From positions 412,843-476,842 of the forward strand of contig JABGUJ010000002.1 of the NCBI GenBank assembly GCA_018646625.1: 64,000 bases of DNA, read 5' to 3'. Source of the stretch: Candidatus Woesearchaeota archaeon. GTDB taxonomy: Archaea > Nanobdellota > Nanobdellia > Woesearchaeales > JABGUJ01. The notes beneath the pieces are model-generated. The model searched no databases. It worked only from the letters and a program-made list of their open reading frames with translations, and was not told the origin of the DNA. The position numbers and the translations under genes were made by a program. Numbering within the stretch: the first letter of the stretch is position 1; each line of letters starts with the position of its first letter. Shown here piece by piece: positions 26,826-35,607 of the stretch.

Positions 26826-27623
26826 ATGATTAACCTACATATGCACAGCACATTTTCAGATGGCAAGAACACCATTTTTGAAATGTGTGAGGCGGCAGAG
26901 AAAGCTAAGCTGAAGATAATCTCATTTACAGAGCATTGTGTTATTGGTAATAATACTCCATTCTATTGGAGAATGAATAATCGAAGAATTGGTGCTTATT
27001 GTAGAGAAGTTGAAAGAGCTCAAGACAATTTTAAGTTGAAAGTTTTATGTGGGCTAGAGATTGATTACATTAAAGGTAAAGAAAGATTAATTGAGAAGAC
27101 TGCGGAGAAATATCCTTTGGATTTTGTTTTAGGAGCTGCTCATTTGTTAAATGGAGTTCATGTTTATGCTCAGAATTCTAAACCATTGTATGACAAGTAT
27201 GGAACTAGAGGGGTGTTTGAAAGATATTTTGATAATGCCGTTTTGGCGATTGAGTCTGGTTTGTTTGATTCTTTTGCACATTTAGATATTGTAAGAAGAT
27301 ATACTGATGAAATGATGAATACACCAGTCAAATTATCTATGTACAAAGACAAAATTGAAGAACTGATCGATGCATTGAAAACAAATAAGCATGCTTTTGA
27401 GTTGAACATGTCCTATATGTATAAGAAAACAATGTATCCTAATATGAAGATCTTAAAACTGTGTTATGGTGCAGGTTTGAGAGATGTCACGTATGGTGGG
27501 GATTCTCATAATGTTGGTAAGGTAAATAAACGGATAGACTATGGGTTGAAGATTTTGAAGGATATTGGTTTTAAGAAAGTTTGTTATTTTGAAAAAAGAA
27601 AAAAGAAAAAAATTACTATCTGA
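26826..27623 (+). CDS. PHP-family phosphatase (HisJ-like histidinol phosphatase family)
   Basis: HMHSTFSDG, FTEH, GLEID, AHLD and GDSH motifs. Confidence 0.85.
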   Translation: MINLHMHSTFSDGKNTIFEMCEAAEKAKLKIISFTEHCVIGNNTPFYWRMNNRRIGAYCREVERAQDNFKLKVLCGLEIDYIKGKERLIEKTAEKYPLDFVLGAAHLLNGVHVYAQNSKPLYDKYGTRGVFERYFDNAVLAIESGLFDSFAHLDIVRRYTDEMMNTPVKLSMYKDKIEELIDALKTNKHAFELNMSYMYKKTMYPNMKILKLCYGAGLRDVTYGGDSHNVGKVNKRIDYGLKILKDIGFKKVCYFEKRKKKKITI

Positions 27624-28713
27624 TTGTGTCATTGATAACTGTTTGAAAAACTGGTTTCTTTAGTACGTCTCCCGTAGAGGTTAAGGTTAAATTACCAGAT
27701 GCACCTTCAAATTTGTCTAAATTTAGTAAGTGATGACTGATAGTTTTGGAGTCTAAACTATATGTCTTGTTTATAGCTCTTGCAAGTAACATTAGTGCAT
27801 CATAAGAAGAATCTGCAGGAAAGTCAGGCTTAGCACCATACATTTTCTCAAACTTCTCAATGAACTTTGATGTTGGAGTGAAACTAGAAATTATGACCGC
27901 ATTCTCAAATGAACCTTGTGCAGGATCTTTTCTTGAGTTGTCAAGTAGAACTACGTAAAACTGCGCTGTTAACCCCATAGATCTTAATCGTCTTGCAAAT
28001 AGATGCATATAACCATAATTTGCAAATATCACCGCATCTGCGTTAGAATGAATTATCTTAGTTGCTTCCGTAGCAAAATCTGATGCTTTGTTCTCAACAA
28101 TGATATACTCAACTATTGTTCCGTTAACTGATAAGATACCATCTCTCACACCCTTTGCTTGTTCTAATTCCCAGGACTGATCAGAGCCAACAACAGCAAT
28201 ATGTTCGTATCCATCATTGACAACAGTTTTTCCCAAAGTCACACTGTTTTCATAGTCAACAGGCCAGAGATTAAAGATGTATTCGCAGGTTGGTGCAAAA
28301 TCTTTTACGCCTATCGCAGGTGAAATAATTAATGATTTATCTTGACAAGCGATTGGAGCAATTGCCTGTCCAAGTGGTGAGTAGTTTGGCCCAAGAATTA
28401 GATCTACTTTTTTGTATCTTAGCGAACGATATGCAGAAAGTGCAGACTTAGTATCATCCCCTTTGTGATCTTCTACAACCAACTCAATATTTCTCCCAAG
28501 TAATCCGCCTTCGGAATTTATTTCTTCAACAGCTAGCTGGTATCCTCTTAGCGAATTAAATCCATTTTGTGAACCGTAGCCTGCAGATAGTGGAAGAATT
28601 GCACCAATCTTTATTGTGTTGTCTTCAAATACTGTGTTTCCAGTAGTGGTACATCCAGCAAGGACTATAGTTATCAGAGCTAAAGCTATGTAATATTCAT
28701 TCATATTGATCAC
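27616..28713 (-). CDS. ABC-type branched-chain amino acid substrate-binding lipoprotein (LivJ-like)
   Basis: Lipobox LAGC; IKIGAILPLS, LAVEEIN..GG, YDA and F.GASG motifs. Confidence 0.88.
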   Translation of the reverse strand: MINMNEYYIALALITIVLAGCTTTGNTVFEDNTIKIGAILPLSAGYGSQNGFNSLRGYQLAVEEINSEGGLLGRNIELVVEDHKGDDTKSALSAYRSLRYKKVDLILGPNYSPLGQAIAPIACQDKSLIISPAIGVKDFAPTCEYIFNLWPVDYENSVTLGKTVVNDGYEHIAVVGSDQSWELEQAKGVRDGILSVNGTIVEYIIVENKASDFATEATKIIHSNADAVIFANYGYMHLFARRLRSMGLTAQFYVVLLDNSRKDPAQGSFENAVIISSFTPTSKFIEKFEKMYGAKPDFPADSSYDALMLLARAINKTYSLDSKTISHHLLNLDKFEGASGNLTLTSTGDVLKKPVFQTVINDTIR

Positions 28714-28769
28714 CCAGTGTGCCTAAACAACCCTACTTAGAATGTTCAAAACGTACTTATAAAGATTAT

Positions 28770-28787
28770 TCCACCACTTATGGTGGA
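28770..28787. promoter_or_regulatory. Palindromic operator between divergent SBP and TrmB promoters
   Basis: TCCACCA-CTTA-TGGTGGA between two opposing TATA boxes. Confidence 0.55.
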
Positions 28788-28831
28788 GTTATTCGTAAAG
28801 TATATAAATTATTAATGATTAAAGCATCTTA

Positions 28832-29593
28832 ATGGCATATTCAGTTTTGATAAAGGAAGCAGGATTGACTGATGGAGAAGCAAAAGTCTACTTAGCACTA
28901 CTAAAACTTGGAAGTTCAACTACAGGCCCAATAATAGATGAATCAGGTGTTGCCAATTCAATAATTTATAGAATATTAAATGGTCTTGTCGATAAAGGTT
29001 TAGCATCTTACATCATAAAAGAGAAAACAAAATATTTCCAAGCTGCAGAACCAAAAAGATTGCTGGATTATATAGAAGAAAGAAAAGAAAAGCTTGATGA
29101 AAGCAAAGAAAAAATAAAACAAATTCTCCCAGAGTTAATACCTCTGACTAAAATCGAGAGTAGTGTCAGAATGTATGAGGGATTTCGTGGTTTTCAAACT
29201 GCATTTGAAAATGTCTATTCCAAGCTAAAGAAGGGAGAAGAATTCTTTTCATGGGGCATACCAATCACACAAGATGAAAGATATCATTTGTATTGGAAAA
29301 GAGGACACATTAAAAGAGAACAAACGGGTGTTAAGTGTAAAATGTTGTTTGATAGAGGAACAGATAAAGAAACAATGATAAACAGAAATAGTTACAAAGG
29401 ATGTGAAGCAAGGTACATGCCCAATAATATTCAGACAAAATCATGGTTTCATGTTTATGCAGATGTTTCGGGGATATTCTTTCAAGGCCCCACCCCGCTT
29501 GTCGTCGAGATAGTTAATCAAGATATTGCGGATTCATTTAGAGCGTACTTCAATGAATTCTGGCAAGAGAGTAAACCATTTGTTTGGTTGTAA
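28832..29593 (+). CDS. TrmB-family transcriptional regulator
   Basis: GLTDGEAKVYLALL...Y.IL..L..KGL and YEGFRG motifs. Confidence 0.88.
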   Translation: MAYSVLIKEAGLTDGEAKVYLALLKLGSSTTGPIIDESGVANSIIYRILNGLVDKGLASYIIKEKTKYFQAAEPKRLLDYIEERKEKLDESKEKIKQILPELIPLTKIESSVRMYEGFRGFQTAFENVYSKLKKGEEFFSWGIPITQDERYHLYWKRGHIKREQTGVKCKMLFDRGTDKETMINRNSYKGCEARYMPNNIQTKSWFHVYADVSGIFFQGPTPLVVEIVNQDIADSFRAYFNEFWQESKPFVWL

Positions 29594-29741
29594 ATAAACT
29601 AATAATCCCGAAAAGATTTTGATTAGTATTTAATTCTTTAAAGAATCTCAATCTAAATACTTAATTAGTTCTGATTAGTGCATTATTTTTTATGTTATCT
29701 GAATAGTCAAACTAAAAGAACTTCTTCAGTCAAGAAAATTA

Positions 29742-29966
29742 ATGAAATTTAAGCAAAAAGTAATCTTCACAAATCATGCAATGGAAAGAATGCTACGCAG
29801 AGGGGTATTTCAAGAAGAAGTTATATCCACTGTTTTCTTTCCGGCAAAGTCATTTAGAAGACATGATAAATCCTATTTTCAGAAAGATCTTGGCAGGGGC
29901 TGGATAGAAGTATGTTGTGAGAAAACACAAAGAATTATAAAGGTAATAACTGTATATTGGCTATAA
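29742..29966 (+). CDS. DUF4258-like putative toxin
   Basis: FTNHAMERM..RG...VITVY pattern. Confidence 0.7.
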   Translation: MKFKQKVIFTNHAMERMLRRGVFQEEVISTVFFPAKSFRRHDKSYFQKDLGRGWIEVCCEKTQRIIKVITVYWL

Positions 29967-29967
29967 A

Positions 29968-30180
29968 ATGGAAATAAACTATGATAAAGAAGCAGATGCG
30001 ATCTACATAAGTTTTCTGCAAACTGAGTTTTCGAAAAACAAGAAAATAGATGATTTCACTATATTAGATCTGGATAATGAAGGAAAAGTAATTGGAATAG
30101 AACTTCTAGAGGTAAGTAAAAGATTACCAAAAGACTCAATATCCCAAATTAAAGTAAATAACTTAGTCGTTGCTAAATAA
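29968..30180 (+). CDS. DUF2283-like putative antitoxin
   Basis: YDKEADAIYI...LDLDNEGKVIGIELL pattern. Confidence 0.8.
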   Translation: MEINYDKEADAIYISFLQTEFSKNKKIDDFTILDLDNEGKVIGIELLEVSKRLPKDSISQIKVNNLVVAK

Positions 30181-30182
30181 CA

Positions 30183-31514
30183 CTATTTAGCAATTCGATC
30201 TTCTAAAGGCACTAGTTGGTCCCAGTATTCTCCTACTAAAAACTTAAGATCAGCAGTGAACTTCTCAGGATGTTCTGTTATTTCGTCCTTTAATGCTTCT
30301 CGAGAGGGAAATTGGTAAATTCCTGCAGCTTCTTTGTCAGTAAAACCAAAATCTCCATCATAGTAGCCTACAGTAATGTATTGATCACAAAGTTCTGTAA
30401 AGCTATCGCCATCTGCACGTTTTCTGTAGGATGGAAAGTTCTCTTTTAGCACAGGATGAAGACAAATTGCTTGAGTGTTTATTGCATCAGGACAATTCTT
30501 AAGAATATTTTTCCAAGTTACTTCAGAATAGAGAGCAACAGGAATTCTCATTTCTTCTAAAAATTCGTGATAGGCCGCAACAGTGGGTGAGTCACCTAAA
30601 GGTATATGTCCGCCGACAATCTTGTCGTACATACCAGGGTTTTCTGCTTTGTTCTCAGATCTAATTTGCACATAGATCTGGCCGTCACTTCCAATTAACA
30701 AACCACCAATGTGAGAGTGTTTTACCTCTTGAGGTTTACCGTCACGTGCAGTTGCTCTTATTGCATGATGGGCTTGCTTTCTAGCAACGGTGCCAGTCAT
30801 GATACCATCCATATCAAACTCCGCAACAAGTTCTTCAGCAGTATCTTTACCTTCGAGCGCATTAGAACGTGCAATCAAATCTACTACGCTAGCAATCTCA
30901 TGATCATATGCAGCCATAAATGTTTTAAAATCCCCAGTTACTTTGCCAGGTTTACGTGACATGTATCCCCTAACTTTATCTAAAGAAGCCACTCTTATTG
31001 CAGTACCGTCATCTTCACACTTATATGGCCCATCATACACACCAACAAAAACTTGTTGAATACAAAGTTCGTTGAATGTTTTATCGTCACCAATGGCTCT
31101 TTCAGAAACATAGTTATCGTCGTAATCAACTTCAGTAATGAATGCTTGTCTTTTTACAAGTTCAGGATGATTTAATACTATGTAGGCCAGTTCTTCTTTG
31201 CTAACGATTGCAATTGGAACTTTATATTCTCTACTACTAACTTTCAATAGAGCGGCAGCAGCATCAAAACCGGTAGGAATGTGTCCACCAAGAGTTTTAT
31301 CCATCATGTCTGCGTTGTGAGATGCATCAAAATCTCTTACCGAAGTGATTATTTTTTCTAATCCATCGAACAGCATCACTCCAAGATGTTTGTGTTTGTG
31401 AGGTGCGGGTTCTCCTCGTGCCTGCGCCTCCATGCAAAGTCGATGAGACTCGGCTTTGTCAATAGTATGCAAAGGTTTTCCAAAATCAGTATCGTAAGCA
31501 ATTATTTCACTCAT
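30183..31514 (-). CDS. Double-Nudix-domain protein
   Basis: Two homologous units, each with HxH, DKxxGGHIP and a degenerate Nudix helix. Confidence 0.7.
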   Translation of the reverse strand: MSEIIAYDTDFGKPLHTIDKAESHRLCMEAQARGEPAPHKHKHLGVMLFDGLEKIITSVRDFDASHNADMMDKTLGGHIPTGFDAAAALLKVSSREYKVPIAIVSKEELAYIVLNHPELVKRQAFITEVDYDDNYVSERAIGDDKTFNELCIQQVFVGVYDGPYKCEDDGTAIRVASLDKVRGYMSRKPGKVTGDFKTFMAAYDHEIASVVDLIARSNALEGKDTAEELVAEFDMDGIMTGTVARKQAHHAIRATARDGKPQEVKHSHIGGLLIGSDGQIYVQIRSENKAENPGMYDKIVGGHIPLGDSPTVAAYHEFLEEMRIPVALYSEVTWKNILKNCPDAINTQAICLHPVLKENFPSYRKRADGDSFTELCDQYITVGYYDGDFGFTDKEAAGIYQFPSREALKDEITEHPEKFTADLKFLVGEYWDQLVPLEDRIAK

Positions 31515-32821
31515 TTTACAATACCTCTTTGTTCTAGCAATGCAACAAGATCTAAGAGATCATGAGTGTATTTCTCAGGATGTGCTCTCAGTTCTGCTCT
31601 TAAATGATCAATGTCTTTAACCTCAACTCCTGATGTTTCACCATCTTTGAATCTAACAGGACCATCATAACAACCGATGTATACGGCAGTGTCACAATGT
31701 TCATTCCAAGGTTGACCATCTCGCAAAGTTCTATCCTTAGAAACATAATCACTCAGAGTTGCGACCCTAGTTAATACCGCTTGGTGTCTTAGAACTTCAG
31801 GACGATTAGCGACGATTGCCGCGTAATCTTCTTCAGGCAAAACCGCAGCAGGTATTGCTAGTTCGTCGTTACATTCGTGAATAACGGCGGTGTCATACAC
31901 ATCACCCAATCCAACATGTCCAGCAATAGGTTTGTCAATCAAACCAGGGTTTTCTTTTTTGTTGGATGCTCTTTGTTGTAAGTAGAAAGATCCATCAGAC
32001 CTCATCATCATTACTCTTACGTGTCTGTGTTTTGCGGGTGCGGGTTGGCCTGCGTGAAAGGCTTCAATTAGTTCTGCATGAGCTTGTTTTCTCGGTACTG
32101 GAGCTAAAGGTCTTCCATCTAAAGAGAATTGTTGTACAAGTTCATTTGCGTTAACATTAGGAGATGGACTAAATCCGGATAAATCCTTGTACGCCACCAT
32201 TGCATGAGCATATTGTCTTACTAGTTCTTTAAGATCAAAAGTAAATCGTTCAGGATTACTTTCAACTTCTTCTTGTAAAGCATCTAAAGTACGATAAGTC
32301 ATTCCGGCGCCATTCTTGGCTTGTTGTCTAAATTTACCGTCGAAGTATGATACAAAGAATGATAATTCACAAGGTTCTTTCCAAGTATTTCCATCAGGCA
32401 ATAATCTTTCTGATTGAAAATTTCTAAGATACGCTGCTTGCCTTGTTACTGCAAGTTCAGAAGTAATATCAGGATGATTTTCTAACATAGGGAAAAAGTG
32501 TTGATCATCAAAAACCGTTGTTGCAATGCCAAGTTCTCTTGCACTCTCATACATTACAGAAGTTAGTGTTGTGTCACCAGCGGCAATGTGTGATCCCCAA
32601 GTTGTGTCTATCAATCCACCATTGTCTCTCCCACCAGGAGGACGAATTTGAAGATAAAGATAACCTTCACTGTCAACTATTAATCCTTTTGCGTGACAGT
32701 CTTTGAATTCTACAGGATCACCAGCAAAAAATTGTTCTTGCATTGCTCGATGTGCTTCTTCTTTGTCCATATTGGCCAAATCGTAGCCGCCCATTGCATG
32801 TTTAATTTTAATATCAACCAT
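31511..32821 (-). CDS. Double-Nudix-domain protein (paralog of 30183-31514)
   Basis: Two units (GSHIAAGD..ESARELGI; AGHVGLGD..ECNDELAI); probable start at ATG 32821 after GGTGA. Confidence 0.7.
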   Translation of the reverse strand: MVDIKIKHAMGGYDLANMDKEEAHRAMQEQFFAGDPVEFKDCHAKGLIVDSEGYLYLQIRPPGGRDNGGLIDTTWGSHIAAGDTTLTSVMYESARELGIATTVFDDQHFFPMLENHPDITSELAVTRQAAYLRNFQSERLLPDGNTWKEPCELSFFVSYFDGKFRQQAKNGAGMTYRTLDALQEEVESNPERFTFDLKELVRQYAHAMVAYKDLSGFSPSPNVNANELVQQFSLDGRPLAPVPRKQAHAELIEAFHAGQPAPAKHRHVRVMMMRSDGSFYLQQRASNKKENPGLIDKPIAGHVGLGDVYDTAVIHECNDELAIPAAVLPEEDYAAIVANRPEVLRHQAVLTRVATLSDYVSKDRTLRDGQPWNEHCDTAVYIGCYDGPVRFKDGETSGVEVKDIDHLRAELRAHPEKYTHDLLDLVALLEQRGIVK

Positions 32822-32873
32822 AATATTCACCACACTATTCGTGTTTAATCTCAATCACCCCCTTTTAGGAAAA

Positions 32874-32987
32874 TTATTCTTCACTTAATTCTGGATAGTC
32901 AAACCGTCTTTTGCATCTAGGACAACTCACAGGCTCTTCTTTGCGAGCCATCCATTCGTATCCACAATAACCACAGGCTTGTTCCAT
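32874..32987 (-). CDS. Zn-ribbon microprotein (37 aa), absent from the ORF track
   Basis: MEQACGYCGYEWMARKEEPVSCPRCKRRFDYPELSEE*, with CxxC...CPxC. Confidence 0.7.
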   Translation of the reverse strand: MEQACGYCGYEWMARKEEPVSCPRCKRRFDYPELSEE

Positions 32988-33105
32988 CGTAGTAATAGTA
33001 ATAAATGTACTCATATGAGTATGTATGGCATACATTTGTTATTTAATGCATATTGTATATATTTTAGCGAAATCTTTAAATAGAGAGCTTCTTTATTAAC
33101 AAATC

Positions 33106-34050
33106 ATGGATAGAAGGAAGCTAATCCAACACGGAATGTCTAGCTTGACAATAGCCTTACCTTCAAAATGGCTAAAGGAGCGAGCACTGAAGAAAGGAGA
33201 CAGTGTTCAAGTAGTGGATGAAGGAAGTAAGTTAATCGTTAGCACAGATGAACCGTTGAAAATAGAAAAGGTTTCTGTTGATGTTAGTAACTTAGATCGA
33301 ACTTCTACATTGTTGCACATACAGAGTTTGTACAGGTATGGGTACAATGAAATTGAAATCAAATTCAAAAAACAAAAGACAATACATTACAGAAGGGAAA
33401 AAGAGGTGAACTTTTCAGCCGTTGTACACGAGATTGTGAATAGGTTGATTGGTGCAGAAGTGGTAGAGCAAACGGAAAATAGAATTTTAGTAAAGTATCT
33501 AACAAAAGAAGCAGGCCAAGACTTTAAGGTTGTATTGAGAAGAGCGTTTCTCCTATTAAAAGAAGCGTCTGCAACTTTGTTGGATGGAGCAAAAAACGAC
33601 GACAAAACAAAGATAGAAATTATAGAAGACATGCACGATAATGTGAACAAGTTTGTTAATTATTCACTGAGATTACTAAATAAATATGGTTATCCCGATG
33701 TGAAGAAAACTTGTTTTTATTATCACGTTATTGCTTCACTAGATAAAATAATGGATATAATGAAATATAGTGCAAGAATGATTTTGAACGAGGATACGAA
33801 GTTTAGTAAAACTAGCATAGAGGTTTGGGAAAACATTAATAAATCAGTAGAAATGTACTATGAAATGTTCTATAAGTACGATCAGAACTTAATAAACGAT
33901 ATAGAGAGAAACAGGCAGCGAGTTAAATCTCAAATAAGTGCTGCAATGAAGAAGGTTTCTCGAGAAGAGATAAGGCATATGTCAAATATGAAACAGATGT
34001 TAGAATTGTTACTAGATCTAGCAGATGCAAGAATGGGGTTAGAGTATTAA
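33106..34050 (+). CDS. AbrB-PhoU archaeal phosphate-uptake-regulator-like protein
   Basis: RKLIQHG.SSLTIALPSKW AbrB N-terminus followed by PhoU-like helices. Confidence 0.85.
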   Translation: MDRRKLIQHGMSSLTIALPSKWLKERALKKGDSVQVVDEGSKLIVSTDEPLKIEKVSVDVSNLDRTSTLLHIQSLYRYGYNEIEIKFKKQKTIHYRREKEVNFSAVVHEIVNRLIGAEVVEQTENRILVKYLTKEAGQDFKVVLRRAFLLLKEASATLLDGAKNDDKTKIEIIEDMHDNVNKFVNYSLRLLNKYGYPDVKKTCFYYHVIASLDKIMDIMKYSARMILNEDTKFSKTSIEVWENINKSVEMYYEMFYKYDQNLINDIERNRQRVKSQISAAMKKVSREEIRHMSNMKQMLELLLDLADARMGLEY

Positions 34051-34051
34051 G

Positions 34052-34789
34052 ATGGATATGCTAATCTGGATTTTAATTGTTAGCGTAATGGGTCCTGTTA
34101 TTGGTTCTTTAATTGGAGTTATAAAAAAACCTAGCGAGAGATTTATGCTGGATATGCTTGCGTTTGCCGCAGGTGTTATGTTAGCCATATCATTCTTGGA
34201 ATTAATCCCACAAAGTATAGAAATAGGCACAATCTGGAGTTGCGCAATTGGAATAATTGTGGGGTCTATAGTTATGTATGCAGTCGATAAAACGGCACCT
34301 CATATTCATCCAGGCATGTGTCTGAACGAACAAGGAAGTAAACTAAAAAAAACAGCAACCTATCTTTTAATTGGAATATTTATTCATAATCTTCCAGAAG
34401 GTATGGCAATCGCCACAGGAACAATATCAGGCATGGACTCAGCACTAGTAGTGGCGTTAGCAATCGCAATACACAACATCCCCGAAGGTATTTGTACTAG
34501 CGCACCATTTTATTTCTGTTCTAAAAAAAGACTAAAATCCTTTTTAGTATCAGCATCTACTGCGATTCCAATACTTGTTGGATTTTTTATTGGTAAAGCG
34601 TTGTATACTGTTCTTTCCCCCATAATCATTAGTGGAGTAGTTGCTGCAACAGCAGGAGTAATGATTTATATTTCCGGAGATGAATTAATACCAACTTCCT
34701 GTAATAAAAGCGATAAACCTTGGAGTCATAGTACTATATTCTCATTGATTGCAGGAGTATTGTTTGTCGTCGTATTGGGTTCTTTGTAG
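34052..34789 (+). CDS. zupT: ZIP family metal transporter
   Basis: FAAGVML, IHNLPEG, IHNIPEG and ELIP motifs. Confidence 0.88.
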   Translation: MDMLIWILIVSVMGPVIGSLIGVIKKPSERFMLDMLAFAAGVMLAISFLELIPQSIEIGTIWSCAIGIIVGSIVMYAVDKTAPHIHPGMCLNEQGSKLKKTATYLLIGIFIHNLPEGMAIATGTISGMDSALVVALAIAIHNIPEGICTSAPFYFCSKKRLKSFLVSASTAIPILVGFFIGKALYTVLSPIIISGVVAATAGVMIYISGDELIPTSCNKSDKPWSHSTIFSLIAGVLFVVVLGSL

Positions 34790-34791
34790 AA

Positions 34792-35121
34792 TTAGTACTT
34801 GAATCTGCGACTATATTCGTTATGACTAAACCATTCTAGAATTATGCTCATTATTACTACTTCCGTCTTTTTTACTGTATAAATTAGTCTCCAACTATTA
34901 GGTAAGTTGTACTTCCAAAGATTTGATAATTTATAATTTTGAACATAGAATCTTGGCCAAAGTTTTTGAGGTATCTTTATTCCACAATAAGGGTTTTGTT
35001 TTAGATCATCAATCGCTCGATCTATAAATTTGTAAAGCTGTTTGTCTTCAAACTTTCCTAGCTTTAAGTGCTCAAACTCAATCTTTAGTTTATTAGAAAT
35101 AAATGTTACAGAAGTGTTTAT
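34792..35121 (-). CDS. RelE-superfamily-like toxin; expected start codon reads ATA
   Basis: LWKYNLPNSWRLIYT...LEWFSH pattern; no canonical start at the junction with the antitoxin. Confidence 0.65.
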   Translation of the reverse strand: MNTSVTFISNKLKIEFEHLKLGKFEDKQLYKFIDRAIDDLKQNPYCGIKIPQKLWPRFYVQNYKLSNLWKYNLPNSWRLIYTVKKTEVVIMSIILEWFSHNEYSRRFKY

Positions 35122-35387
35122 CTTACAACTAGGCCTTCCCGGATTACGCGTTCTATTGTCTCGGGATCCCAGGTCCAGAAAATTATTCCATCTCTTGGAT
35201 CTATCCCTATCTTTCCGGATTCTTCTAGATAGTCTATGATTACTTGAAACGTTTGGTACATCATCTTTTTTGGTAGTCTTTTCCATAGTTGATACTTGCC
35301 GAACTCTTGCGTGTGTTTCTGGATGGTTTCCTCTACCATGCGTACCGACTCAAGTGTTGGACTGTGTATGATTTTCCTTTGTTTCAT
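35118..35387 (-). CDS. wHTH antitoxin-like protein
   Basis: SPTLESVRMVE...LPKKMMYQT...YLEESGKI; probable start at ATG 35387. Confidence 0.7.
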   Translation of the reverse strand: MKQRKIIHSPTLESVRMVEETIQKHTQEFGKYQLWKRLPKKMMYQTFQVIIDYLEESGKIGIDPRDGIIFWTWDPETIERVIREGLVVR

Positions 35388-35408
35388 CTTATATGGATAT
35401 ATATAAGA
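35387..35408. promoter_or_regulatory. Inverted repeat operator at the antitoxin start
   Basis: TCTTATAT-N6-ATATAAGA between the TATA box and the ATG. Confidence 0.5.
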
Positions 35409-35607
35409 CACAATATTTAAGTTTTTTGGTGTTTTAAGCTAGATAAAGGTTATATCCGAGTTCTCGGAAGTGTTTGCGTTGCTTCAGAAGTTGGTTCTGC
35501 CTGTGCGAAATCTTTGAGAGAAATAGAGTACAGCGCAGAATTATTCCGAAAGATCCTATTTTGTTCTATAAATAAATTATTTAAATGAGAGAGATAAATT
35601 CACCCAT

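Noticed and set aside
29600..29741. AT-rich inverted repeats upstream of the DUF4258 gene
   Set aside because: Short and low in complexity; cannot be distinguished from chance
35122..35286. Long N-terminal extension of the toxin ORF in the track
   Set aside because: It overlaps the antitoxin out of frame and looks non-coding
1007..35485. Shared 12-mer TTGCGTTGCTTC at 1007 and 35474
   Set aside because: One match of this length is expected by chance in 64 kb and the flanks do not align
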